A DNA stretch of 64,000 nucleotides from an uncultured delta proteobacterium (GCA_963845145.1 CAWJQU010000002.1:320001-384000); one strand, 5' to 3'. Shown: positions 9,662 to 19,559, counted from the stretch's first letter. Numbers and translations are program-made. The notes: generated from the sequence alone by a model not told the origin.

Positions 9662-10246
9662 TCATTTGCGCGCCGATAACTTAGCAATCATGGCGCCCGC
9701 CCCCGCACCGCAAAGATGGCCGTCCCAGGAAATACCCGCTTGTCCCGGCATAATCCCGGTAATCAGGCTGCCACCATACAGAAAACCAACTAGAATGGAA
9801 ACCAACAAAGCGATGAAACGTTTTTCAAACAGACCTGAAAAAAATAGAAAAGTAATCAACCCAAAAACAAGGCCGCTGGCACCAATATGGATCACCGGTC
9901 GGCCAAAGCACCACAACAGCGTTCCGCCCAAAAGGGTAATCAGCGTCACAATAACCCAGGAGTTGGCTCGGGACCCGGTCAGCAGAAACAAAAGGACAAC
10001 CAAGGGTACCGTATTGCTCACAATATGTTGCAGGTTTCCATGCAAAAAAGGCATCAAGGCAATACCGGCCAAGCCGACAACGCGGCGAGGGATCAGGCCA
10101 AACCGCTCCAAAGGCAGAACCATATCCAAAGCAAACACTACCCAGATGGTCACAACGATCAGAATAATTCCGCCCACTTCACTGCGCGCCGGTTGCGGAA
10201 TGACCGTTTTCCAGGGCCTGGTTTGGCCTGTTCGCCTTGATTTCAT
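9662..10246 (-). CDS. Rhomboid family intramembrane serine protease
   Basis: PFLHGNLQHIVSN, HIGASG and SWDGHL motifs; multiple TMs. Confidence 0.85.
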   Translation of the reverse strand: MKSRRTGQTRPWKTVIPQPARSEVGGIILIVVTIWVVFALDMVLPLERFGLIPRRVVGLAGIALMPFLHGNLQHIVSNTVPLVVLLFLLTGSRANSWVIVTLITLLGGTLLWCFGRPVIHIGASGLVFGLITFLFFSGLFEKRFIALLVSILVGFLYGGSLITGIMPGQAGISWDGHLCGAGAGAMIAKLSARK

Positions 10247-10582
10247 GTCATCGATTCATTCATACGAGCATCCATGTTGTAATGGGATGGGGACATATTA
10301 CTTGCCCAGGACGATATCAAGTTAACGATAAAGCGCAATTTTCGAGAAACTAGGGTAATAGGCAAGGGGTAAAACAGCCCACGGGTATCGATCATGGTAG
10401 TCATTTCGACCTCACCGGTGTCTATAATCGGCCGGGCCAGATTATTAAAATATCAGATAACGCCGCTTTAAATGAGAATAAGGTCATGTCGATCTATTTA
10501 CAACGTAAACGCTATGGTTTCGCGTAAAGATCGAAAACGAATTGACCCCGTCAAGCAATTGACCATTAGGCTCGAAAGAGGG

Positions 10583-11158
10583 CTATACCATGCCTTTAAA
10601 GGCAAAAAAGGTAAGTGACAGGACGCCGGCCGTAACCAATGCAATGGAAGTATCCTGAAGGGGTTTGGGGACCCGGGCGAGTAGAATCCGCTCTCGAACC
10701 CCGGCAAAGAGGATCAGGGCCAGGCCAAAACCCACGGCATAACTGAACGATGCGACTATGGCCTCGATAAAGGTATACTCCTCCTTCACATTGATCAGAC
10801 AGGCCCCCATCACAGCGCAATTGGTGGTAATCAGCGGCAGGAAAATACCCAATCCCGCATAGAGCGCGGGAATACTCTTTTTAAGAAACATCTCCACAAA
10901 CTGGACCAGAGAGGCAATCACCAGAATAAATGCCAGGGTGCGTAAATATTCGATGTTAAATTTAACCAGGACAAAGGTATTGAGTAGCCAGGTGATCAGT
11001 CCGGCCATAACCAGCACGAAGATGACCGCAAAAGACATCCCCACGGCGGTTTCCATTTTTTTGGATGTGCCTAAAAACGGACAGTTCCCTAAATATTGAG
11101 CCAGCAGAATGTTGTTGACCAATATGCACCCGATGGCCAGAACGACTAAATCACCCAT
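10583..11158 (-). CDS. rnfA: Rnf complex subunit A
   Basis: NNILLAQYLGNCPFLG and LPLITTNCAVMG motifs. Confidence 0.92.
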   Translation of the reverse strand: MGDLVVLAIGCILVNNILLAQYLGNCPFLGTSKKMETAVGMSFAVIFVLVMAGLITWLLNTFVLVKFNIEYLRTLAFILVIASLVQFVEMFLKKSIPALYAGLGIFLPLITTNCAVMGACLINVKEEYTFIEAIVASFSYAVGFGLALILFAGVRERILLARVPKPLQDTSIALVTAGVLSLTFFAFKGMV

Positions 11159-11166
11159 AACTTCCC

Positions 11167-11760
11167 CTATTTACTTTCCAGCATATTCATGGCGCACAGC
11201 ATCAGGCCCAAACCGACAAAGGCGCCCGGCGCCTCGACCATAAATTTAAACGGCTCAAAGGAGGGGCCGAATAGTGAAAACCCATAAAACGTCCCATTTC
11301 CAAGAACCTCTCTCACCGCACCAAGTGCACCCAAGGCCAGGGTAAACCCAAGCCCGATACCCAGTCCATCCGCCAGAGAACGAACGACCGAGTTTTTGGC
11401 CGCAAACGCCTCGGCCCGGCCCAAAACGACGCAGTTAACCACGATCAGCGGTATAAAAATACCGAGGCTTAAAAAGAGCGGATAAGCATGGGCCTGCATC
11501 ATCAGTTCGACAACGGTGACAAAGGTGGCGATGATGATGATATAACAGGCAATACGAACCTTATCGGGAATGACATTCCTTAATAGGGATACAAGCATAT
11601 TCGAGCAAACCAGAACAAATGTGGTTGCCACCCCCATTCCCAACCCGTCTCCGACCGATTTCGTGACGGCCAGGGCCGGGCACAGGCCCAGTACCAAGCG
11701 AAACGGCGGTACCTCCTGCCAAAGCCCTTTAACAAACTCTTGTGCAATCGATCTGGCCAT
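11167..11760 (-). CDS. rnfE: Rnf complex subunit E
   Basis: LGLCPALAVT and IPLIVVNCVVLGRAEAFA motifs. Confidence 0.92.
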   Translation of the reverse strand: MARSIAQEFVKGLWQEVPPFRLVLGLCPALAVTKSVGDGLGMGVATTFVLVCSNMLVSLLRNVIPDKVRIACYIIIIATFVTVVELMMQAHAYPLFLSLGIFIPLIVVNCVVLGRAEAFAAKNSVVRSLADGLGIGLGFTLALGALGAVREVLGNGTFYGFSLFGPSFEPFKFMVEAPGAFVGLGLMLCAMNMLESK

Positions 11761-11783
11761 TTTTTCTCTCTCTGTTTGACGCT

Positions 11784-12374
11784 TTATTTCATCGCGGCGA
11801 TCTGTTCCTGAATTTTCGGTTTCAGTGCCTGATACACGCTACCGGCCGAGGAGGCTGCCTGGCAGACTGCCCGGGAGGTAATGGTGGCACCGGACAAGGC
11901 GTTGATTCGACCGCCGTCCTTAGCCACTTTAAAGGGATCCTTGATGTTCCCGCCGCTAAATTGGGATACAAAGCTCGGGTCATCTTTGGCACGGGAGCCC
12001 AAACCCGGAGTTTCGGCATGAGTGGACACTTGCACCCCCAGCACCTCATCTTTATCCATATTGATACCGACAATCACGCCCACGGGGCCGCCATATCCTT
12101 CGGCAAAATCTTCCAGGGCCACGGTATTGGCCTTTCCGTTAAATTTGCCTACGAATACACTGTATTCTTTTTCACCATCTTTAATTTTGAAGCGATCGGT
12201 GATGGGGTCATTTTCAGCGCCCTCCATAATAACCTTAATCGCCGGGCCCTTAACAAATTTTAGCTGTTGCATCTCGATCTGCTCAAGCGTACTGTCTCGA
12301 ATCGACGCCAAAAGCCCACCTGAAAACGCTGTCAATACCGTCAACACGACAACCATTTTCACCATATCGTTCAT
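11784..12374 (-). CDS. rnfG: Rnf complex subunit G
   Basis: N-terminal TM, GYGG, HAETPGLG and FMN-attachment motif SGATITS. Confidence 0.92.
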   Translation of the reverse strand: MNDMVKMVVVLTVLTAFSGGLLASIRDSTLEQIEMQQLKFVKGPAIKVIMEGAENDPITDRFKIKDGEKEYSVFVGKFNGKANTVALEDFAEGYGGPVGVIVGINMDKDEVLGVQVSTHAETPGLGSRAKDDPSFVSQFSGGNIKDPFKVAKDGGRINALSGATITSRAVCQAASSAGSVYQALKPKIQEQIAAMK

Positions 12375-12375
12375 A

Positions 12376-13336
12376 TCAGCTTACCTTTCCCAACACTTTA
12401 GGCCGTATCTTATCTAAAAGTGGGCTGACGAGGTTGGCCAACAGGATGGCTAAGACAACGCCGTCGATCCATATCACCAATATTGCGTATCAGTACGGTC
12501 ATGATCCCGGCAAGGGCGCCATAAATCAGCATGGGGATAAACCCAACTGGTGAAGAAGAATCGTCCGTGGCCAGAAAAATGGCACCGATAAGGGTATACC
12601 CGGTCAGTAGATGAAATATCGGATCGGCATATTTGGCGGCGTCAGTACCATAAAACAACATCGCCGTTACAAAAACGCCCCCTAAAAATGAGACCACAAT
12701 TTCCCATCGAATGAAACCACGCAGGATCAGATAAATGCCCCCCGCGATCAACGCCAGGCCAAAGGCAGAGCCGATGCCCCCAATTTGCCGCCCTAAAAGT
12801 AGATCCATGTACCCGAATGATTCGATAGCCGCAGTGCCGAAATGCTTCACTTCGGCCAGAGGAAATCCCATGGTAAATCCAAAGTCGTAGTTGACCAATG
12901 CTTCGTTTAAATCCAGATGGTCACTCCAGGAAAGCATCAGCATGGCGATGGTCAAAGCCACGGGATGAAAGGGATTGCTGCCGATACCACCGAAGATATG
13001 TTTACCGATGACCATTGCCAGAAAAGTGCCGACGATTACCAACCACCAAGGGGCTGTCGCCGGCAGCAACATGGCCAGTAAAAGCCCGGTCAGGGCTGCG
13101 TGTCCGTCACCGACGGTCACCGGTTGGCGCATCATCCCATTCATAATCCTTTCCCAGATGATGCAAAAAGCGATGGAAAACGCCACGACACCAACCGCCG
13201 GCATACCGTATCGAAAACAGCCCATGGCCGCCGCGGGCGCCGCGGCCAGCATAATATTGTAATTGCGTTGGGGGATACTGCTGCCGTTATGCCAGAAAGG
13301 GGCATGGGATACGATTAGTTTCTTTCGATCAATCAT
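12376..13336 (-). CDS. rnfD: Rnf complex subunit D (one-base frameshift near 12475 in this sequence)
   Basis: SHAPFWH, GKHIFGGIGSNPFHP, FLATDDSSSP; the C-terminal helix DGVVLAILLANLVSPLLDKIRPKVLGKVS* is in a shifted frame ending at TGA 12376. Confidence 0.85.
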
Positions 13337-14615
13337 TGGCTGCCTCCGCCAGGCGCTGGCGTGAAAGTTCAGATTTTCCCAGTTTTATGTATTGAAAAAT
13401 CGGTATCTTGGAAACACAAACATAGCTGCAAAGACCGCATTCGATACATGCGTCCAAAGCATATTGGTCGGCGGCCTCCTCGTACTCACCTGCCTCTAAA
13501 AAACGGACCAGCATGTCTATGGGGATATTGACCGGGCAGACGCGGATACAATCGCCACAATTGATACAGGGATAGTCCGAGGACAAGGGAATTTGATCCC
13601 GATCCTGAATGAGCACGGCATCCGTGTCCGCTAAAATCGGATAATCAAGGTTATAAACGGCCTGACCGGTCATGGGGCCACCAAAAATGAGCTGGTCCCG
13701 CTCGTTAACGGTTATGCCTTGGGCGGAAAGAACCGCACCGACCGGCGTACCAACACAAACCGCAGCCAATGACTGGGCACCGTCTTTATCGATAATTGTG
13801 ATGACCTTATTATACGGTACTTCCCCTTCGGCATAGGCCCGGCCGATTGAGGCAACGCCCTCAACACCAAACATGGCCACGCCGATATCTTCAAATGCCT
13901 GACCGGCTAAAATCTCTTTTTTCAGAAGGCTACCGACAATTAGATACGGATTGCCGGATGGGTAGGCCAGATCGACGGCCATTACTTCCGCGCTGATGTG
14001 CCCATACCCCTGTAGCTGCTCCCGTGGCACAACCAATACGATCTTTTCCACGGTTGTTATACGGCGCAGTAAATCGATCCCCTTTATTACGGATGCAAGG
14101 TCTGTTTTGAGGACATATTGGCGGGTACCGACTAAAATATCCTTATCCACGGCATCGATGACGATGGTATCGATGGGCTTGTTCGAATCCATCACAAGGT
14201 CCAGCGGGGGCTTACCCGGCGCCTGCCCCAGATAATCCCGGGCCGATTCGATGTCGGGAGAATCGATACATGCGCCAAAACCGCTATCCATTGCCACATT
14301 GTCGGCGGTTTTCATGGTGACGGCGGTAAACTGCCGCCCAAAATCACCGGCAAAGGCTGTGATACCAGTTACCGTTCCAGCCACCGGGCTCACTCGTGTA
14401 CCGCCGGGGCCATCCTTTAAAACCATCAACTGTCCACGTTTGATTGAATCACCGTTTTGAATTTTCAGATCCGTCATTTTTTCAAAGGGTGTGTCAAACA
14501 GGCAGGTTACAGAATCGGGTAACGGAATCTGCCGTATCCGTGAGGGGGGGTCCAGCAGCCTTTCGTAAGTAAGGGTGGGCTTGGACAATCCCAAAAAGGA
14601 TTTTTTTAGCATCAC
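13329..14615 (-). CDS. rnfC: Rnf complex subunit C-like, divergent, with two [4Fe-4S] motifs
   Basis: SPVAGTV, YPSG, VGTPV, GGPMTG, CINCGDCIRVCP, CIECGLCSYVC; position directly upstream of rnfD. Confidence 0.8.
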   Translation of the reverse strand: MMLKKSFLGLSKPTLTYERLLDPPSRIRQIPLPDSVTCLFDTPFEKMTDLKIQNGDSIKRGQLMVLKDGPGGTRVSPVAGTVTGITAFAGDFGRQFTAVTMKTADNVAMDSGFGACIDSPDIESARDYLGQAPGKPPLDLVMDSNKPIDTIVIDAVDKDILVGTRQYVLKTDLASVIKGIDLLRRITTVEKIVLVVPREQLQGYGHISAEVMAVDLAYPSGNPYLIVGSLLKKEILAGQAFEDIGVAMFGVEGVASIGRAYAEGEVPYNKVITIIDKDGAQSLAAVCVGTPVGAVLSAQGITVNERDQLIFGGPMTGQAVYNLDYPILADTDAVLIQDRDQIPLSSDYPCINCGDCIRVCPVNIPIDMLVRFLEAGEYEEAADQYALDACIECGLCSYVCVSKIPIFQYIKLGKSELSRQRLAEAAND

Positions 14616-14663
14616 TTAATATTCCTTAAAGTTTTCAGCCTTAACGAAATCCGATACATCTCG

Positions 14664-15095
14664 CTATTTTACATGACACTCGGCGCAATCAAACGGCCCC
14701 TGGCCAAATTCCTCATGGCAACCGATACATTGATTGTGGAAGGCATCTCCGCTAACGAGCATCTCGGTATCTTCGACCTCGTCCGCCTCATGGCAATCCA
14801 AACAGGACTCCGGCATTGATTCCGCCTGGGCCTTGGTGTGGCATTCACCACAACTTCTCAAATCCGCTTCATCTTCCATAGGGTGATGATGACAGTCTTT
14901 ACAGGCCAACCCGTAGCCATTGTCATCGGCATGGGTTTTATGGTCAAATAAGACCTTTCCCGTTGCGGTCGTATACATGACGCGAATGGGCGTTTCCGGC
15001 GTTTCGGCCGAAAAAACCGTATAGCTTAAAATACCGATAAACAGAAAATAAATGGCCAGGCCGTAAGCAATCTTTATTTGTGTTTTTGAAGCCAT
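14664..15095 (-). CDS. Membrane-anchored or exported pentaheme cytochrome c (c3-like)
   Basis: N-terminal hydrophobic segment, VLFDHKTH, five CxxCH motifs (CKDCH, CGECH, CLDCH, CIGCH, CAECH). Confidence 0.88.
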   Translation of the reverse strand: MASKTQIKIAYGLAIYFLFIGILSYTVFSAETPETPIRVMYTTATGKVLFDHKTHADDNGYGLACKDCHHHPMEDEADLRSCGECHTKAQAESMPESCLDCHEADEVEDTEMLVSGDAFHNQCIGCHEEFGQGPFDCAECHVK

Positions 15096-15280
15096 CAGGT
15101 CTTAAGTTCCTTTAATGGTCGACCCAGGCCGCATCGGACCAAACCGGTCACGAAACGCACCGCCCATGGGACATTTGTATTTGTTTACTACCATCATTTA
15201 ACGATCCGATCCGGTAAGATCAGGTCCAAATCGGAAACTCAGCTTTGCTACCATAATGCCCCACTGCTTTCAAGCATTTT

Positions 15281-17014
15281 TTAGTTGGGGCAGGCCCCGC
15301 ATTGCGTACAGGCTTCCGCAGGGCAAGGGTCAGATGGGCAAGCCTCAAGGGCTTTTTTATATTCCCTGACTAAAAATGATCGGCGAACGCCGGTATCGAT
15401 AAAATCCCACGGCAAGGGCTCGAGAATATCCCGACGGCGATATACAAAATCGTCCGGGTTAAATGCCACTTCGGCCAAAGCGCTAGGCCAGTCGCCATCG
15501 TGACGATGGGCGGCCAACAACGCCTGGCCGATCCGCCGGTCGCCCCTGGCCAATAAGGCTTGTAGATAAGCCTGGCGCGGACTTTCACTTCTAAAAACAA
15601 GATTCGGAATTCTTCCGATACCTTTCCGAATGGTCATGATTTTCTTTTTAAGAAGGGACACGTTATCCATCGCCGCCCATTGAAAGGGGGTGAAAGGTTT
15701 GGGGACAAAACAATTCAAACTGACGGTAATTTTCCCCATTTTACCCCGCGGGCGGCTTTCACGCAAAAATATCTTTTTGATGGCTTCTGTCAATGCAACA
15801 ATGGCAAGCACATCCGCTTCGGTTTCAAGGGGCAACCCTACCATGAAATAGAGCTTCAGGTTGGCGATTCCGGCGGACACGAGGGCTGCCGTGCTTTTTA
15901 AGATATCTTCTTCGGTCAGGCCTTTATTGATCACCCGCCGCATGCGTTCGGAACCGGCATCCGGGGCGATCGTGGCGGTTTTTACGCCGCTTTTTACCAT
16001 GGCATCAATAAACGCTTCACTGAGCGCATCGGCCCGAAAAGAGCTAAAAGCCAGTGAAACATCCATTGCCGCGGCCTGCCGACATAGAGATTCGATTCCC
16101 GGCAGATCGGAAACAGCTGTCCCCACCAGGCCGATTCGATCGGCCATTTTTTTGCCTTTTTTAATATCCGCCACCAGTGCAGGGATACTCCTGAACCGCG
16201 GTGGCCGTGAGATAAACCCGGAACTGCAAAACCGACACCCCCGCGAACACCCGCGACCGATTTCGATCAGATACCGGCTATCAAAAACCGCCTGTGAGGA
16301 TACCACCACACTATGGGTTGCCGATTCGGTAAGATCGCGCAGGATCATCCGCTGAACCTGGTCAGGTATCCCTGAGGATACACGTCTGCCGATAAAAGCG
16401 CCATTTGTATCATACACGGGACGATAAAGGGCGGGGACGTAAACACCGGGTATGTGTGGAGCGATTGTTTCGACGAAAACCGACGGTGAGCCGCGTTGGG
16501 GCCCCTCTTTTAAATAGGATTGGATAAAAGTCGGTAAGAGAACTTCGGCTTCGCCGATAAAGATCAGGTCGAAAAAGGATGCAATGGGTTCGGGGTTGAG
16601 CCAGCAGGCCACCCCACCTGCGACCACAAGGGGGTGGAGTTCCTTGCGATCATCGGATCGCAGGGGGAGGCCTGCCAAATCAAGGATGGTTAAAATATGG
16701 AGATAATCAAGTTCAAACGATACGGAAAACGCGACAATATCAAAATCGGTCAGCGCCCGCCCTGATTCCAAGGTTTTTGGCGGATGCGCGCCATTTCCGT
16801 CTTTTTCCTCCGGTAAAAAGGCCCTTTCACATACCACCCTGTCCATTTCGTTCAACAGGCGGTAGACGGTCTGGAACCCCAGGTTGGCAGTGCCCACCCC
16901 ATAATGGTTGGGGTACACCAAGGCTACCGAGAGGCGATTTTTCCAGGTTTTGTGAATAACGCCGATTTCACGCGGAAGATCGGCTCGAGCGTGCTTTTCT
17001 TTTTTGCCTTTCAT
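15281..17014 (-). CDS. Radical SAM protein with N-terminal B12-binding-like domain
   Basis: YPNHYGVGTANLGFQ, RGCSRGCRFC, APDAGSERMR, FVPKPFTPFQW; C-terminal CxxxxCxxCxxC; start moved to ATG 17014. Confidence 0.8.
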   Translation of the reverse strand: MKGKKEKHARADLPREIGVIHKTWKNRLSVALVYPNHYGVGTANLGFQTVYRLLNEMDRVVCERAFLPEEKDGNGAHPPKTLESGRALTDFDIVAFSVSFELDYLHILTILDLAGLPLRSDDRKELHPLVVAGGVACWLNPEPIASFFDLIFIGEAEVLLPTFIQSYLKEGPQRGSPSVFVETIAPHIPGVYVPALYRPVYDTNGAFIGRRVSSGIPDQVQRMILRDLTESATHSVVVSSQAVFDSRYLIEIGRGCSRGCRFCSSGFISRPPRFRSIPALVADIKKGKKMADRIGLVGTAVSDLPGIESLCRQAAAMDVSLAFSSFRADALSEAFIDAMVKSGVKTATIAPDAGSERMRRVINKGLTEEDILKSTAALVSAGIANLKLYFMVGLPLETEADVLAIVALTEAIKKIFLRESRPRGKMGKITVSLNCFVPKPFTPFQWAAMDNVSLLKKKIMTIRKGIGRIPNLVFRSESPRQAYLQALLARGDRRIGQALLAAHRHDGDWPSALAEVAFNPDDFVYRRRDILEPLPWDFIDTGVRRSFLVREYKKALEACPSDPCPAEACTQCGACPN

Positions 17015-17065
17015 AAAATAATCCGTACCTGCACTCGAGCCGGACAATCGCGCCGAACGTCTCTT

Positions 17066-18274
17066 TTAATCGGCACTCCTTCTTAAAAAGGTCGGAATCT
17101 CAAGATCCTCCTGGTCGATTACCAGGCCGTAATGCCGATGGACTTTGCCGTCCTGATCGCTTTCCACGATTGCTTCCGGTTCGATTCTTCCCTGCCCACT
17201 GAAACGGGATTCCTGTTGCATGTCTTCAGGTGTAATATCCCTTACTTTACCACGTGGCTTAAATTCCCGAATAACATCTTTTGGGTGGTACTCTTCTTCC
17301 ACCGCTTCAGGGATGTCTTTTTCGCCGATACCGGTTGCAATCACGGTCACCCGCATCTCATCGCCAACTTCGTCATCAATCACCGCACCCCAGATAATTT
17401 CGGCATCGTTGCCGACCTCTTCATGGATCTTCTCTGAGGCCTCGACCATCTCTTCCATGGTCAGATCGCTACTGCTGGTAATATTAACCAACACACCTCT
17501 GGCTCCGGAGATGGAGATATCCTCCAAGAGCTGATGGGATATGGCCTTGCTGGCCGCCTCAATGGCTCGGTTTTCACCGCTGGCCATACCGATCCCCATG
17601 ATAGCCATTCCGGCCTTGGACATGGTTGTTTTGATATCGGCAAAATCCAGATTCACCAACCCGGGCATGGTAATCAGATCGGTAATCCCCTTCACCGAAT
17701 GAAGCAGAATCTCATCCGCTTTTTTAAACATGTCTATCAGACGCGCGTTACGTGGCGCAAGCCCTCGTAAACGGTCGTTGGGAATGGTAATCACCGTATC
17801 GGCAACTTTTTTCAATTCCTCAATTCCGGCTTCAGCCATCTCGTTTCTTTTGCGCCCTTCAAAGGAAAAAGGCCGCGTGATCACCGCTACCGTTAACGCC
17901 CCCAGCTCCTTGCAGATTTCGGCTACGACAGGCGCGGCACCGGTACCGGTGCCACCACCGAACCCGGCGGTGATAAAAACCATGTGGCTGTCGTCCAGTA
18001 GCCTTGTCAACTCCTCATAGTTTTCAAGCGCTGCTTCGCGTCCCAGTTGAGGATTCGCGCCGGCCCCAAGGCCTTCGGTAACCTCTCCACCCAATTGAAT
18101 CTTGGTGGCTGCTTTGGATATGTCCAGCGCCTGTGCGTCGGTATTAGCCGCGATAAATTGAACCCCGTTTAAATTTGAATCGATCATGTTGTTCACCGCG
18201 TTTCCGCCGGCGCCGCCCACACCAATTACTTTGATTTTTGCTCCCGCCTCTTTCTCCACATACGTAAACATCAT
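17066..18274 (-). CDS. ftsZ: Cell division protein FtsZ
   Basis: KVIGVGGAGGNAVN, GGGTGTG, NLDFAD and C-terminal LEIPTFLRR. Confidence 0.98.
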   Translation of the reverse strand: MMFTYVEKEAGAKIKVIGVGGAGGNAVNNMIDSNLNGVQFIAANTDAQALDISKAATKIQLGGEVTEGLGAGANPQLGREAALENYEELTRLLDDSHMVFITAGFGGGTGTGAAPVVAEICKELGALTVAVITRPFSFEGRKRNEMAEAGIEELKKVADTVITIPNDRLRGLAPRNARLIDMFKKADEILLHSVKGITDLITMPGLVNLDFADIKTTMSKAGMAIMGIGMASGENRAIEAASKAISHQLLEDISISGARGVLVNITSSSDLTMEEMVEASEKIHEEVGNDAEIIWGAVIDDEVGDEMRVTVIATGIGEKDIPEAVEEEYHPKDVIREFKPRGKVRDITPEDMQQESRFSGQGRIEPEAIVESDQDGKVHRHYGLVIDQEDLEIPTFLRRSAD

Positions 18275-18310
18275 TCTCCACCTCCCTTGGTTTGAAACTA
18301 CTGCACTACA

Positions 18311-19540
18311 TTAGATAACATCCTTAAACCATCGTTTCATCTGGGCCATAACCTTGTGAAATATATTTTTATCTCGAATGGCAAATCCCGCTCTTTTTCG
18401 TTCTTGACCGGCACCAAAGACGACCAATCCGACCCCGGTGGCATAGATGGGGTTGTTCACCATATCGGTCAGTCCGGTCACGCCGGCCGGCTTGCCGATG
18501 CGCGCCGGGACTTTGAATACCGACTCGGCAATCTCGCTGGAACCCTCGATCAGTGAACCGCCGCCGGTGAGAACCACCCCGGCGTTAAGACAATGGGATA
18601 GATCCCGATTGTCGATCTCCTGTCGAACCAAATTAAAGATCTCTTCCATTCTCGGCTCCAGGATTTCTCCCAAAATCTGACGGGGCAACTTGCGCGGTGA
18701 ACGCCCGCCTAACCCCGGCACTTCGATCATTTCATCGGCGCCGATATGGCTCAAAACACAGCAACCATACTTTTCCTTAATCCGCTCCGCATCGGCTAAC
18801 GGCGCCCGCAGCCCGATCGCAATATCGTTGGTAAAATTGTCTCCACCCAGAGCCAAAACGAAAGTATGAAATATATTTTTTCCTCTGAATATCGCCAGAT
18901 CGGTGGTGCCTCCGCCGATATCGATCAGGGCGGTACCCAGCTCTTTTTCCTCGTCGGATAATACGGCTCGACCCGATGCCAAAGATTCCAACACAATCTC
19001 GCCGACATCCAACCCAGCGCGGTTGGCGCACTTCACAATATTGCGTGCTGATGTAACCGCACCGGTAACAATATGAATTTTCGCTTCCAGGCGAACACCG
19101 GCCATCCCCACCGGGTTTTGAATGCCGTCCTGGTCATCTACAATATATTCCTGCGGCAGCACATGGATCACCTCGCGCTCCATGGGAATCGCCACGGCAC
19201 GCGCCGCCTCTATGACCCGATCCACATCACCCTTGGTAACTTCATTCCCCTTGACAGCCACCACACCACGGCTGTTGAAGCCGGTAATGTGACCACCGGC
19301 AATACCGGTATAAACGGAAGAGATCTCGCAGCCGGCCATCTGTTCCGCCTCATCCACCGCTTTTTTGATCGATTCCACCGTGGATTCGATGTTCACAACA
19401 ACGCCTTTACGCAGACCCACCGAAGGATGGGTGCCGATACCGATGATATTGACTTCGCCGGGCAACACCTCGCCCACCACACAACAAATTTTGGTTGTAC
19501 CAATATCCAGGCCAACGATGAGTTCGCCCCTGCCCTCCAT
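18311..19540 (-). CDS. ftsA: Cell division protein FtsA
   Basis: GLDIGTTKI, DIGGGTTD, VVLTGGG. Confidence 0.97.
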   Translation of the reverse strand: MEGRGELIVGLDIGTTKICCVVGEVLPGEVNIIGIGTHPSVGLRKGVVVNIESTVESIKKAVDEAEQMAGCEISSVYTGIAGGHITGFNSRGVVAVKGNEVTKGDVDRVIEAARAVAIPMEREVIHVLPQEYIVDDQDGIQNPVGMAGVRLEAKIHIVTGAVTSARNIVKCANRAGLDVGEIVLESLASGRAVLSDEEKELGTALIDIGGGTTDLAIFRGKNIFHTFVLALGGDNFTNDIAIGLRAPLADAERIKEKYGCCVLSHIGADEMIEVPGLGGRSPRKLPRQILGEILEPRMEEIFNLVRQEIDNRDLSHCLNAGVVLTGGGSLIEGSSEIAESVFKVPARIGKPAGVTGLTDMVNNPIYATGVGLVVFGAGQERKRAGFAIRDKNIFHKVMAQMKRWFKDVI

Positions 19541-19559
19541 TCTAGACCTCCTTATCCTT

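Noticed and set aside
10542..10554. TTGAC-N3-GTCAA palindrome after rnfA as an FNR/CRP-type site
   Set aside because: Spacer is 3 bp rather than 4, there is a single instance, and it is about 300 bp from the next start.
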